A stretch of 64,000 nt of DNA from Octopus vulgaris (taxonomy: Eukaryota): contig OX597837.1 of the NCBI GenBank assembly GCA_951406725.2, positions 12,214,001 to 12,278,000 of the forward strand. The letters are read 5' to 3'. The notes below the pieces were generated by a model that had not been told where the DNA came from, searched no databases, and worked only from the letters and a program-made list of their open reading frames with translations. Both the position numbers and the translations under genes were made by a program. Within the stretch, counting starts at the first letter, position 1; each line of letters opens with the position of its first letter. This document shows, one piece after another, positions 1 to 13,225 of this stretch.

Positions 1-273
1 AAGTTAAAAACAGTAAAATGGAACTACCTGCTTTAGTGGGGGTAAGCCATTTCATCCGCATTTTCATTTTATCCATAATTCATTCGATATGTGTTTCTAT
101 GTACCCCAATGTATTGCTTTGTCTGTTTTTGTGTTGTCCCTTCTCTATTGAGGCCTTGTGCATAATTAAAAAAACAACGAATATGTTTAATATGTAAAAT
201 TGGTCTATCCAATTGTATCACACGGTTAAATTTAGTGGCTGTTTAAGAAATGAAGTCGCGAATAGTTAATGTG

Positions 274-314
274 GTACTGAGGAAAGAAAAATAACTCCCG
301 AAATATGGATATAC
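274..314 (+). ncRNA. Degenerate type I hammerhead-like motif
   Basis: gta-CTGAGGA-aagaaaaataactccc-GAAA-tatgga-TA-tac. Core and order fit, but stem II pairs poorly and stem I is only 3 bp. Confidence 0.3.
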
Positions 315-364
315 ATCCATACTCTTAGGACTGGTTCTAGTTTCTATAGAAAATCTGTGAAGTT

Positions 365-640
365 AACTTCAAAAATGTCTTTGTTGACCGTCTGGCCAGA
401 GGAAACCCAGTAGACGTAGATGATGTCCTTGCAACCGAAAAGAGGGGATTATTATCATCTTCCTGGTGGACTTGCTTTGGCTGGTCTCTTGTAGCCGCTG
501 AAAACATATGCTCTGTTCATACAAGTTAATCCTCAAGCAGCCTGAAGTATTTTCGTAGTCTCTGTAGTGCTTTGCCCCAGTTTAACACAAAGCCTTATTG
601 TATACCGAGCTTCTAAGTTGTCTTCACTTAGCGATCGCAT
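365..640 (-). pseudogene. Internally deleted mariner-type transposase remnant
   Basis: Minus strand from ATG at 640 reads MRSLSEDNLEARYTIRLCVKLGQSTTETTKILQAA*GLTCMNRAYVF (mariner N-terminal HTH). It then jumps to ...QSKSTRKMIIIP..KDIIYVYWVSSGQTVNK (catalytic-domain WVPxGQTVN motif). Confidence 0.75.
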
Positions 641-978
641 TCTGCTAACTAGTCAGCTGTAACAAGCGGTGTTTAGTAGGGTGTGTTCAAAGTGTTGTTA
701 CAACTGTCTCCTTCAATCTGGAATAAAAGAAAAAGTTAGCAGATCAGGTTATTAATAAATGCTTAGTAATGGCATACTAAGACTACAATAATCTACTAAA
801 GTTATAAGTGTCTCTCTTAAAGAACAATTTATATTTCAGAATGTACCACGTGAGTATATGAACAGGAACGCGCGCACACACACTTATATATAAATAGATT
901 CTACGAAAAACGTACATACGCACATACACACACATACATACCTATATACGTGTATATATATATTATATATATATAATA

Positions 979-1016
<38 letters not shown>

Positions 1017-1044
1017 ACCCCGCGTGCTCACAATACATGCATGC

Positions 1045-1109
<65 letters not shown>

Positions 1110-1223
1110 ATATATTTATATATATACGTACACACACGTACACACACATACATACGTGATATGTACATGTATCGTACACACACACACATACGTACATACA
1201 TACATAAATACGTGTGTGTGTGG

Positions 1224-1437
1224 GAAGCCACGTGGCTTAGTGGTTAGGTCGTGAGTTCAGTTTCCGGCGATGCGCTGTGTCCTTGAGCAAGACACTTTAT
1301 TTCACGCTGCTCCCGTTCACTCAGCTGGCAAAAATGAGTAGTACCTGTATTAAAAAAGGGCTAGCCTTGTCACATTCTGTGTCACACTTCCGTTGATCGT
1401 ATCAGCTGGGACCCTCGTCGTCGTAACCGACGGAATG

Positions 1438-1440
<3 letters not shown>
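1224..1440 (+). mobile_element. Deleted tRNA-derived SINE (family D-like head/core, family C tail)
   Basis: A box tggcttagtggttag, core ccttgagcaagacacttt, and 3' tail cgtcgtaaccgacggaatgctt shared with 7037-7418. Confidence 0.7.
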
Positions 1441-1533
<93 letters not shown>

Positions 1534-1545
1534 TAGATATATATA

Positions 1546-1720
1546 CCGATGCTGGTGTGTTTATGTCCCCGTTACTTAGCGGTTCGGCAAAAGAGATCGA
1601 TAGAATAAGTACTGGGCTTACAAAAGAATAAGTCCCAGGGTCGAGTTGCTCGATTAAAGGCGGTGCTCCGGTATGGCCGCAGTCAAAATGACTGAAACAA
1701 GAAAAAAGAAAAAAAAGAAA
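1546..1720 (+). mobile_element. SINE family A, 3' half
   Basis: ccgatgctggtgtgttt...aaggcggtgctccggtatggccgcagtc..actgaaacaag matches the family A tail. Confidence 0.85.
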
Positions 1721-2432
1721 GAAAGATAATACAAAATGGGATCAGAACGCAAAACATCCAGACAGATAGGTGATACAAAAAGGGACAACAAAACATCCAG
1801 ATAGACGATACAAAGAAAACAAGGACGGGTCATTCGAAGCTTTCTTTCTTCAGTCAAGCACCAGATTATCCTCGCAATTTCGGCTAATTATTCTTGAGAT
1901 TGCTCCAATTTGGCCAACCCCAAGGAAAAATTAAGCTAAGAGCATTAGATTCCTTGGAAGAAAGCTTCGAATGTATACAAAAACAAGGACGGAAAAAACG
2001 GACAATGTTACACAAATATAAATACAATAAAAAAAATACAAAAAAAATAATAAGAGGACATAACAACAGGTGTCTTTCGACTAAGGACAAATTGAATTAA
2101 GCTGGTGCGTGTAGAAATGAAGCCTTACGGCAGAGATACAAAATTTTCACAAACACGGAAGAATATCGATGTTGCACGGACAACGGTGATCCCAAGAAAG
2201 AAAGAACAGGCTGGGTCGAACAGCGGTTACGTGGGAAGAGAAGAGAGAGAAGTAGAAGCAAAGGGACAGAAGAATTAAGGAGGGGCGAGAAAAAATGACA
2301 GGGACACAGTGATGCACCAAGTCCGGTATTATCCGTACAGCCCGAAACAAGGTTAATAAAAAGCAGATAAGGATGTCATCCTTGTTACTTATTTGCTTCA
2401 TATATATATATATATGTCCTTGTTTTTGTATT

Positions 2433-2526
2433 GGCGCAGGAGTGGCTGTGTGGTAAGTATCTTGCTAACCAACCACATGGTTCCGGGTTCAGTCCACTGC
2501 GTGGCATCTTGTGAAAGAAACCTGTC

Positions 2527-2561
<35 letters not shown>

Positions 2562-2800
2562 TATATATATATATATATATATGTGTGTGTTTGTGTGTCT
2601 GTGTTTGTTCCCCTAGCATTGCTTGACAACCGATGCTGGTGTGTTTACGTCCCCTTCACTTAGCGGTTAGGCAAAAAGTGCCCGATAGAATAAGTACTGG
2701 GCTTACAAAAAGAATAAGTCCCGGGGTCGAGTTGCTCGACTAAAGGCGGTGCTCCAGCATGGCCGCAGTCAAATGACTGAAACAAGTAAAAGAGTAAAGA

Positions 2801-2802
<2 letters not shown>
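2433..2802 (+). mobile_element. SINE family A (tRNA-derived, internal TA/TG microsatellite)
   Basis: Head ggcgcaggagtggctgtgtggtaag, B-box-like gggttcagtccc, tail gaaacaagtaaaagagtaaaga; internal deletion. Confidence 0.9.
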
Positions 2803-2838
<36 letters not shown>

Positions 2839-2843
2839 TTTTT

Positions 2844-3057
2844 AAAAACACCTTTTATCAATTCAATAAAGAATAATTAAATTATACCATTTAGAAAAAT
2901 TACATCTTATAGAAAGATTAAATATAGGATAAAGCATATAACAATAATTAAGTAATTGTTATCTGTTTTATCTTATATTTAATCTTTCTATAAGATGTAA
3001 TTTTTCTAAATGGTATAATTAAATTTTTCTTTATTGAATTGATAAAAGGTGGTTTTT
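2844..3057. repeat. AT-rich foldback (near-perfect palindrome, ~100-bp arms)
   Basis: aaaaacaccttttatcaattcaataaag... is mirrored by ...ctttattgaattgataaaaggtggttttt; centre ~2950; flanked by (TA)n. Confidence 0.9.
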
Positions 3058-3060
3058 CTA

Positions 3061-3104
<44 letters not shown>

Positions 3105-3354
3105 TTTTATATACGCATGCATATAGAAGCACGCGCACACGCACACACGGGCGCATGTATAAATGATATGGTGGCCACGTGTGTGTGTATGTTTTCTAAA
3201 GAGACCTGCTGTGTCACTGTGTAAATTAGATCACCGAGAAACATGGATTCAGCCTCGTTAAGTAAACAAACGGTTTCTGTTTAAGGCACAGCTTGTGTTT
3301 AAGCCGAGAGAAGCCGAGAGATCTCTTTATTGATCGTATGTATGCAGATTTTAT

Positions 3355-3532
3355 TCTTTTTTTCTTATATTTGTTTCAATCATCTGAGTGCGGCCATGCT
3401 GGAGCACCGCCTTTAGTCGAACAAGTAAGCCTAGTAATTCTATCGGTCTCTTGCTGAACCGCTATAATTCGAGGATATAAACACGCCAACATCGATTGTC
3501 AAGCGATGAAGAGGGACAAACACATACACACA

Positions 3533-3585
<53 letters not shown>

Positions 3586-3748
3586 GACGGGCTTCTTTCA
3601 GTTTCCGTCTGCCAAATCCACTCACAAGACTTTGGTCGGCCCGAGGCTATAGTAGAAGACATTTGTCCAAGGTGCCACGCAGTGGGACTGAACCTGGAAC
3701 CATGTGGTTGGGAAGCAAGCTACATACTCCACACCCACTCCTGTGCCT
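3355..3748 (-). mobile_element. SINE family A
   Basis: Reverse-complement match to family A head, body and tail. Confidence 0.85.
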
Positions 3749-3849
3749 ATATATATATATATACACGACGTAGGCGTCATATTATATAAATATATATATA
3801 TATATATGACGTAGGCGTCATATTTATGATATATATATATATATATGTG

Positions 3850-3886
<37 letters not shown>

Positions 3887-4346
3887 GCATATATGAGGTA
3901 GGCGTTCTATTTTGGAAATTTTGGAATGAGGGTGGAATCTGATGACAAAAAAATGCATTGTGGTGAAAAATGAAGAGAGAGAGGTGAAGAAATGTCGAAG
4001 GGAACTCCATATTAATCACCCTCGCACAAATGGACAATGATATCGCATTATTTACTCAGCGTTGCTCGAGAAACAGAGCTTAACAGCTCCTTGTAAGGTA
4101 AATATGACTGAACGTGTTACCCTTAGCAGCGTGAGTCAGATGATTAAGAGGAAGTCAGGGTGTGGTAAATCAGTATCTGCTCATATATATATATATATGT
4201 TACGTCAGGGTGTCTCTGGCTTTCCCAACCTCAATTTTGCCGCGTTCTTTGTACACGGAAATAAAGAAAAATGTAACAACATTAATAATAGATTAGAAAA
4301 TTACTATTTTAAAATCTCACATCGTGAGATATTCATATACATATAC

Positions 4347-4414
<68 letters not shown>

Positions 4415-4418
4415 GTGA

Positions 4419-4760
4419 CGCCATGCTGGAGCACCGACTTTAGTCAAAGAAATCGGCTCCAGGACTTATTCTTTGTGAGCCTAGTACTTATTCTATCGGT
4501 CTCTTTTGCCGAACTTCTAAATTACGGGTACGTAAACACACCAGCATCGGTTGTCAAGTGATGTTGGAGGACAAACACACACACATATACATATATACGA
4601 CGGGCTCCTTTCATTTTCCGTCTACCAAATCCACTCACAAGGCTTTGGTCGGCCCGAAGCTATAGTAGAAGACACTTGCCCAAGATGCCACGCAGTGGTA
4701 CCGAACCCGGCACCATGTGGTTGGTAAGCAAGCTACTTATCACACAGCCACTCCTGCGCC
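4419..4760 (-). mobile_element. SINE family A
   Basis: Near full-length reverse copy ending cagccactcctgcgcc. Confidence 0.9.
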
Positions 4761-4938
4761 AATATCTCTGTACAGATATTGTTTTGAGCTGAGTGGGGGT
4801 GCTAGATTCCCTTGTTCGAAAATGTAAGGATACAGATCGTGTCATATAGCTAGCTGGAGACGATGTCTCCTGGGGCTAAATTACAGCAACATTCGTCCTA
4901 AACCAGGACTGCCACGTTATGTTGGCAAACAATCTTTA

Positions 4939-4981
<43 letters not shown>

Positions 4982-4984
4982 AAT

Positions 4985-5208
4985 AATAATAATGATGGTT
5001 TCAAATTTTGCCACAAAGGCAGCCATTTTGGGGAAGGGTATAAGTTGATTATATCGACCCCAGTGTTACACTGGTACTAAATTTAGCAACCCCGAAATGA
5101 TGAAAGGCAAAGTTGAACTCAGCAGAATTTTAACTCGGAACGTAACGATGGACGATATGCCGCTAAGCACTTTGCCCGGCATGTTAGCGATTCTAACAGC
5201 TCGCCGCC

Positions 5209-5254
<46 letters not shown>

Positions 5255-5290
5255 TAATTATAATAATAATAATAATAATAAATTCTGATG

Positions 5291-5322
<32 letters not shown>

Positions 5323-5820
5323 CCTTTCTAATATAGGCACAAAGCATGAAATTTGGGGGAGCGGAATAGTCGATTACATCGATACTAGTACTCAACTGTT
5401 ATTTATTTTATCGACCCCGAAAGGATAAAAGACAACGTCGACCGCGGCGGAACTTGAACTCAGAACATGAAGGACAGGCGAAATACTGCTAAGCATTTCA
5501 CCCAATTTGCTTACGGTTCTGCCAGCTCGCTGCCTTATAATAATTCTAATTCTGGCAGAAGTCCAGCAGGCTTTTGAGGGGAGGGGCTCGTCGGTTACTT
5601 CGACTCCAGTACTTCGTTAGCAATTTTATTGTATCGACCCCCGAAAGGACGAAAGGCGAAAGTGACCTCAACGTGGTACAAGGACAACAATTTTGTCGAC
5701 CCTCAGTGCTTAACAAACGGTGGACGGTAAGATCGTCCTCGCCTGTATTCGAAATCAGAATGTAAAGAACCGCAAGATATTCCGCTAAGCCTTTTGTCGT
5801 TCGTGCTTACCATTCTGCTC
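4985..5820 (-). mobile_element. Cluster of three SINE family B copies separated by (AAT)n
   Basis: Repeated gaaaggcaaagtcgacc..ggaatttgaactcagaacg..gctcgccgcc-type segments with different 3' tails. Confidence 0.8.
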
Positions 5821-6316
5821 GAATAACAGCGATTTCCCATTTCGATACAAGGCTAGTAATATCAAAAGGGGTCGGGTGGATACTTCGATTATATCGATCC
5901 CTACGCTGGTTGTTGACATTAATTTAAAAAAAATAATTCACTCACTTGTCACGTGACCTGCAATTATAATTAAAAGCTTCATTAGTGTAATTTGTTTGAC
6001 TTATCAGTTTCGAATATTTTCGTTATCTCTCATCTAATATCACTTCCTTTTTGGGACTTCCCCGGCAACTGTTACATCAGCCAATCTCCCATACATACAT
6101 ACATACATACAAGTGTGTCTGTGTGTGTGTATATATATATACATACCAAGTAAGTTAGGGGTTGTGGATCCAACCAACTAAGGGATAATACTTATCCAAT
6201 ACACTGTTGGTATAATACCCAACTTATTAATACACAAGTGTTTTTAATTGCAATGCAATTAACTTATTGTATTAAATGGGTGAAGGTAAAGAAATATCTT
6301 ACCATTAATTTATATT

Positions 6317-6464
6317 ACAAATAAGAAAATGGAGAAACACACTAGTTGGTTCATCAGCTTCAGGATATTAGAATGTTGTCTTATTTATTTAAATAAATAA
6401 GTCAACATTCTAGTATCCTAAAGCTGATAAACCAACCAATGTGTTTCTCCATTTTCTTATTTGT
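6317..6464. repeat. Spacer-less foldback palindrome (74-bp arms)
   Basis: acaaataagaaaatggagaaacac...ttattt|aaataa...gtgtttctccattttcttatttgt; symmetric about 6390/6391 with a few mismatches. Confidence 0.9.
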
Positions 6465-6490
6465 TATACACACACACACACACACACACA

Positions 6491-6555
<65 letters not shown>

Positions 6556-6607
6556 CGCACATACATATGTAAGTGAATGTGTATCACACACACATATATA
6601 TATATAT

Positions 6608-6797
6608 AACAGTATTAAAAAATAGGAGATGGAATGTGTAATAGACTTTTAGGGTACAACACATGTTTCGACCCGTTCTGGGCCTCTTCAAGTACATCAA
6701 TCAAAAGTCTCATTAGTGATCCAGAATGGGTCGAAACATGTGTTGTACCCAATAAACTCTATAACACACCCTTATCTCCTATTCTATTAATACCGTA
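6608..6797. mobile_element. PLE-type remnant: inverted pair of pseudo-LTR ends
   Basis: Left arm gggtacaacacatgtttcgaccc is inverted relative to gggtcgaaacatgtgttgtaccc; contains a hammerhead motif. Confidence 0.65.
6654..6695 (-). ncRNA. Type I hammerhead, C3U core variant
   Basis: gtac-TTGAAGA-ggccc(agaac)gggtc-GAAA-c(atgt)g-TT-gtac. Confidence 0.6.
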
Positions 6798-6903
6798 ACC
6801 CCAACCGCCACTACGAAGTTCCTGCAGTAAATCTACAGATAACAACAGGTAATCATCCATTTATACATTTTGTACAATTTCTCCATTTTATATATATATA
6901 TGT

Positions 6904-7030
<127 letters not shown>

Positions 7031-7036
7031 TGTGGT

Positions 7037-7418
7037 GGAAGCACTCCGTCGGTTACGACGATGAGGGTTCCGGTTGATCCGAATCAACGGAACAGCCTGC
7101 TCGTGAAATTAACGTGTAAGTGGCTGAGCACTCCACAGACACGTCTACCCTTAACGTAGTTCTCGGGGATATTCAGCGTGACACAGAGAGTGACAAGGCC
7201 GGCCCTTTGAAATACAGGTACAACAGAAACAGGAAGTAAGAGTGAGAGAAAGTTGTGGTGAAAGAGTACAGCAGGGATCACCACCATCCCCTGCTGGAGC
7301 CTCGTGGGGCTTTAGGTGTTTTTGCTCAATAAACACTCACAACGCCCGGTCTGGGAATCGAAACCGCGATCTTATGACCGCGAGTCCGCTGCCCTAACCA
7401 CTTGGCCATTGCGCCTCC
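7037..7418 (-). mobile_element. SINE family C (Arg-tRNA-like head; resembles octopus OR-type SINEs), full length
   Basis: Head ggaggcgcaatggccaagtggttagggcagcggactcgcgg, B box ggtttcgattcc, tail cgtaaccgacggagtgcttcc. Confidence 0.85.
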
Positions 7419-7445
7419 AGATAGATATGTATAAGTGGAAAAAAT

Positions 7446-7755
7446 CCTCATCGTCACGAATGACCATGGAATTGCCCCAAGGAAATTCCCCTTCGAGGTA
7501 CACGTCTGGGTATGGTTGTTTGCGGAAGACCAGCAATTGTCCATGCATGCCAGTCTCCCCTCTCCACGCCAACGATGTTATCCGAGGGAAAGGCAAAGGG
7601 GCCGATACAGCTCGACACCAGTGACGTCACAACCCATTTCTGAACGTGACATAAAAAGTGATTTGCTCAAGAACAGAACGCAGAACCCGGTCCGGGAATC
7701 GAACTCACCACCTCATGGTTGTGAGCTCGGTGCTCTAACCACTGAACCATGCGCT
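7446..7755 (-). mobile_element. SINE family D
   Basis: Head gcgcatggttcagtggttagagc..gagttcgattccc; body matches 59819-60152. Confidence 0.85.
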
Positions 7756-7841
7756 CATATATTACACATATATACGTCAGGACACTTCTATAGACATATG
7801 TATGTTTGTGTGTGTATATATATATATACATATATATATAT

Positions 7842-7886
<45 letters not shown>

Positions 7887-7894
7887 CATATATG

Positions 7895-7968
<74 letters not shown>

Positions 7969-7986
7969 CATATATATATATTATAC

Positions 7987-8017
<31 letters not shown>

Positions 8018-8034
8018 CGCACACACATATATAC

Positions 8035-8097
<63 letters not shown>

Positions 8098-8465
8098 GTT
8101 AGTACAAGTGTTTGTGTTTCGGTGTGTATATGTATGTACGTATGTGTGTGTATATATATATATAGACACACGCACACACACTCCCTGTTGACACATAAAC
8201 TAGATAGAGAGTGTATATAAATAGAATTACTGGAAATAGAAAATAGAATGGGGTGAGGAGCGGGGCGAAAAAAGAAAGAACACAAACCAACGGCTGACTG
8301 TAAACCGCAAGCAAGGATGGGCTTGACAAACTAACCTTAATAATAGCGAAACCAAAGAAAGCAACCGAAAAACCAGCACAAGGTTACGCAGTATATTATT
8401 TTTGGGTTTGCACCTCTCGCCCCCACTCTCTCGCGTGTGTGAGTATGTGTGTGTGTGTGTATACT

Positions 8466-8689
8466 GGTGAGCTGGCAGAAACGTTAGCACGTCGGGCGAA
8501 ATGCTTAGCTGTATTTCGGCTGCCGTTACGTTCTGAGTTCAAATTCCGCCGAGGCCGACTTTGCCTTTCATATTTTCGGGGTCGATAAATTAAGTACCAG
8601 TTACGCACTGGGGTCGATGTAACTGACTTAAGCACTATGTCTGTCCTTGTTTGTCCCCTCTGTGTTTAGACCCCTGTGGGTAATAAAAA

Positions 8690-8692
<3 letters not shown>
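8466..8692 (+). mobile_element. SINE family B monomer
   Basis: gagctggcagaaacgttagc (A box), gagttcaaattcc (B box), central gcctttcat..ggggtcgataaattaagtaccag. Confidence 0.9.
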
Positions 8693-8742
<50 letters not shown>

Positions 8743-9186
8743 TATGTATGTATATTCTTTTGTTCTTTTACTTGTTTCAGTCATTTGACTGCGGCCATAC
8801 TGGAGCACCGCCTTGAATGATTTTAGTCGAACAAATCGACCCTAGGATTTATTTTTTAAATCTCGTACTTATTCTTTCGGATGAAAGGCAAAGTCGACCT
8901 CGGCGGAATTTGAACTCAGAACGTAGCGGCAGACGAAATACGGCTAAGCATTTCGCTCGGCGTGCTAACCTTTCTGGCAGCTCACCGCCTTACTACCTGG
9001 TGTGACATCCGGGTAGACTGACCGGTGTCTGACATATCCTCGATGTGGAACACGATTCTTTCTGAAAGAGGACTCACATGCCACCTCCTCCCCTCGCAGA
9101 TAAGGAGGAGCACTGACTGGAAGGTTAAACTGTTTGGCCACTGACGCTACAGCAATGAGTTGAAGTCTTTGTTGTTAGCTAGTGAT

Positions 9187-9330
9187 TCATCATTTAACAT
9201 CCGTTTTCCATGCTGGCATGGATTGGACGGTCTGACAGGAGCTGACAAGCCAGAGAGCTGCACCACGCTTCACTGTTTCCGTATGGCTTTTACAGCAGAT
9301 TGCCCTTCCTAATGCTAACCACTCCATAGA
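9187..9330 (-). mobile_element. Diverged retroposon 3' remnant
   Basis: Minus strand gttagcattaggaagggcaatc...catgccagcatggaaaacggatgttaaatgatga resembles retroposon tails; family not determined. Confidence 0.45.
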
Positions 9331-9477
9331 CTGGGGTTGCCAAATGGATTACAAGACAAGGACCTCATAACTAAGAGAGGGAGAGGAACTGACAAAAGCC
9401 ATGTTGTTTACAGTCCGGTGTGATGATTCTAAAATACAACACATAAAAAGCCTAACGGTAGATCTTTTTTTTTCTAC

Positions 9478-9560
9478 CCCTCTGAAGAGATTTTGCCAAA
9501 TATAATGATTTTAATAATTGCTATTCAACCTTTCAGGCTTAATTGAAACTGCTGTAAGGG
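9478..9560 (+). ncRNA. Type I hammerhead with long stem II insert
   Basis: ccct-CTGAAGA-gatt..gcc(~38 nt)ggc..aatt-GAAA-c(tgct)g-TA-aggg; aataaa shortly downstream. Confidence 0.75.
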
Positions 9561-9658
9561 ATTATGTTCGATTTTCGCAGATAATAAATTTTTATTAAAT
9601 GATATATCTCCATATTCTTACTTTCTTTTGAATATTCTTTTATGAATACTATTTTTAC

Positions 9659-9718
<60 letters not shown>

Positions 9719-10239
9719 GGATGTGTGTGTGTGTGTGCATATGTAAATATAAATGTTTATATGTATGTATGTGTATATATACATGTATGCATGTTTATAT
9801 ATGTATATATGTACAAGGTTAAAATAAATTTGTAATTAGATAAATTGATAGACAGATAGATTAAAAGAAGGAGAGAGAGTGAGAAAGAGAGAGAAGGAGA
9901 GAGAGTGAGAGAGAAAGAGAGAAATAGAAAGAGAGAGAGAGAGAGAGAAAGAGGTGGGGGCCACCTAAATTTGGCTCATGTGGGCGTTCGGTCAACTAGG
10001 ACTGGTTTCCGCTCCTTAGAAAAACCACCCTTTTTGTCAGAAGGTGTATATACATCTATGTCTAGGTGTATATGTATGTATGTGTGTGTGTGTGTGTGAG
10101 TACAGGTGTATATATACCTACGAATTATATAGCGTATTCGCAGATATATTTCAATAAGAAACAAAAGGAAAGAGAGAGAGAGAGAGAGAGAGAGAAAGAG
10201 GGCGATGAACGCGTGCGTTGTGTGTGTATGCATATATAA

Positions 10240-10321
<82 letters not shown>

Positions 10322-10432
10322 TATACATATATATATGTGTATATACATATATATGCATATACATATATATGCATATACATATATATACATATATATATAC
10401 ATACATATGTATATATATATATACATACATAC

Positions 10433-10501
<69 letters not shown>

Positions 10502-11084
10502 CATATATATTTGTACATATACGTATGCATATATATCTTCAAAAATATATTCATAAAAGATATATATAAGAAAGAAAGAAACAAAGAGAGAGATAAAGAG
10601 AGAGAGAGTGGAGAGTGAAAGAGAGAGCGGAGGTGGCGGATGAGTTTCAAATACTTGTAAAGGGTGAAAAGTGGGTATCGTCACGAACACACGTAGGAAA
10701 ATATTAAAGGAAACCTAGATTCTAAAATTGTGTTCTGTTCTATGTTTTCCCTCTCGACGCGGTTATATAATCCATCGACGTCACGAGCTTGGTGTCAACT
10801 CAGTGTAGTAAACCGATCAGGTCGCCCTTCTAGTGTACCCTTCCCCAACCCCGTACGAGACTATATACAATCTTTAGTATTTATTTCTCCTCGTGTTACC
10901 CGTTAGACATAATTTCTTTCTATCACGGAATGTGGTGTGTGACATAAACGACTAACAACAATCAAAATTACACTTTTAAATATAATAAAGGGAATATAAT
11001 AAAGCATTGTGTAGTACAAGGAAGCCCTTTCTAGTAATGCCGGCGCCATAACAGTCGCACTACAAAAGGGCACTGTCCTTTATT

Positions 11085-12168
11085 TACCCCAATATTCAAA
11101 TGGTACTTATACCAAAAAAAAAACAAAAAAACCCGAAGAAATGAAATACAAAAATCGACCACAACGGAATTTAAACTCAGGAGGTGAAGGCGGACGAAAC
11201 GCTTAGTAGCATTTCGTCCGGCGTGCTAACGATTCTGCCAACTCACCGCTTGGCCTTTAAACATAATTATATTGGTTTCAAATCTTGGCACAGGGCCAAC
11301 AAGTTCGGAGGAGGAGACGAGTCGATTACACCGACCCCAGTCAGTGTTCAACAGGTACTTATTTTATAAACCCTGAAAAGATGAAAGACAAAGTCGATCT
11401 CGACTGAATTTGAACTCAAAACGTAAAGACGGACGAAATGTCGCTTAGCATTTTGTGTCCGGTGTGCTAACGATTCTGCCAGCACGCCGCCTTACTTTTG
11501 AATATAATAATCCTTCCTGCCATAGGCACAAGGCCTGAACTTTGGAGGAGGGTGCTAACCGATTACAGCGACCCCGAAAGGCAAAGTCGACTTCGGCGAA
11601 ATTTGAACTCAAAACGTAAAGACGGACGAAATGTCGCTTAGCATTTTGTGTCCGGTGTGCTAACGATTCTGCCAGCACGCCGCCTTACTTTTGAATATAA
11701 TAATCCTTCCTGCCATAGGCATAAGGCCTGAACTTTGGAGGAGGGTGCTAACCGATTACAGCGACCCACAAGGGGCTAAACACAGAGAGGACAAACAAGG
11801 ACAGACAAACGGATTAAGTCGATTATATCGACCCCAGTGCGTAACTGGTACTTATTTTATTGACCCCGAAAGGATGAAAGGCAAAGTCGACCTCGACAGA
11901 ATTTGAACCCAGAACGTAGCGGCAAACGAAATACCTATTTCTTTACTACCCACAGGGGGCTAAACACAGAGAGGACAAACAAGGACAGACAAACGGATTA
12001 AGTCGATTACATCGACCCCAGTGCGTAACTGGTACTTATTTAATCGACCCCGAAAGGATGAAAGGCAAAGTCGACCTCGGCGGAATTTGAACCCAGAACG
12101 TAAAGACAGACGAAATACCGCTAAGCATTTCGTCCGGGGTGCTAACGTTTCTGGTAGCTCGCCGACTT
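11085..12168 (-). mobile_element. SINE family B cluster, including a ~193-bp local tandem duplication and a 184-bp-unit partial dimer
   Basis: About six head-to-tail family B segments; dimer junction at 11934/11935. Confidence 0.85.
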
Positions 12169-12510
12169 AATAACAATAATTTTTTAAAAATATAGTGTTT
12201 TTCGGTGCCCTTCACACACTTGGTGACCCCACGTAAGAGATGTTTGTAATAATTTCACCGACTCTAATTGCACTCAGTGGGTCGACCTATATACGAGCTT
12301 ATAGGGAAGTTCATCGCGTCATGTGACCAGTGCATTCAGCATTGTGTAATACAAGGAAGACCTTCCTAATAATGCCAGCGCCATTACAGTCGCACTACAA
12401 AAGGTCGCTGTCCACACCCTTGCGAATATATGTTGTGTATATGTATGCGTATACACGCTTTTATAGGTATGTAAGCATGTGTGTACATGTATGTGCGCGT
12501 GTGTATGTAA

Positions 12511-12552
<42 letters not shown>

Positions 12553-12556
<4 letters not shown>

Positions 12557-13010
12557 CTTTGTTGCCCATAGGGGGGCTAAACATAGAGGGGACAAACAAG
12601 GACAGACAAACGGATTAAGTCGATTACATCAACCCCCCAGTGCGTAACTGGTACTTATTTAATCGACCCCGAAAGGATGAAAGGCAAAGTCGACTTCGGC
12701 GGAATTTGAACTCAGAACGTAACAGCAGACGAAATACCTATTTCTTTACTACCCACAAGGAGCTAAACACAGAGGAGACAAACAAGGACAGACAGACGGA
12801 TTAAGTCGATTATATCGACCCCAGTGCGTAACTGGTACTTAATTTATCGACCCCGAAAGGATGAAAGGCAAGGTCGACCTCGGCGGAATTTGAACTCAGA
12901 ACGTAAAGACAGACGAAATATCGCTGAGCATTTTGCCCGGCGTGCTAACGATTCTGCCAGCTCACCGCCTTTACCTCGGCGGAAATTGAACTCAGAATGT
13001 AACGACAGAC
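12553..13010 (-). mobile_element. SINE family B dimer
   Basis: Two ~184-bp units joined at 12737/12738, followed by the head. Confidence 0.9.
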
Positions 13011-13225
13011 GTTATATAAACAGCCCAAACCAAACACACACATTAATATATATCCATTTCGTCCGATCCTACCAGTCGGTTTCACACTGGATGTTAAACC
13101 GAATGTTAGATTACCGAGCTGGCAGTTCTGGGAGTTATTTTCTTCCATATCAGCTAACTCTGATGAGCGTAGAGTTAGATATTTGGTAGACGGAAACTGA
13201 AAGTAGCCTGTCGTCTCTGCCTGTA

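Noticed and set aside
7340-7418. tRNA-like sequences here and at other SINE heads
   Set aside because: They continue into SINE bodies and lack a complete cloverleaf; not tRNA genes.
11085-13010. CRISPR-like periodic repeats
   Set aside because: Units are ~184-193-bp SINE segments with no unique spacers or cas genes, in a eukaryotic context.
13160-13210. CTGATGA...GAAA...TA hammerhead-like order
   Set aside because: The second half is a SINE A fragment, and stems I and II do not pair.
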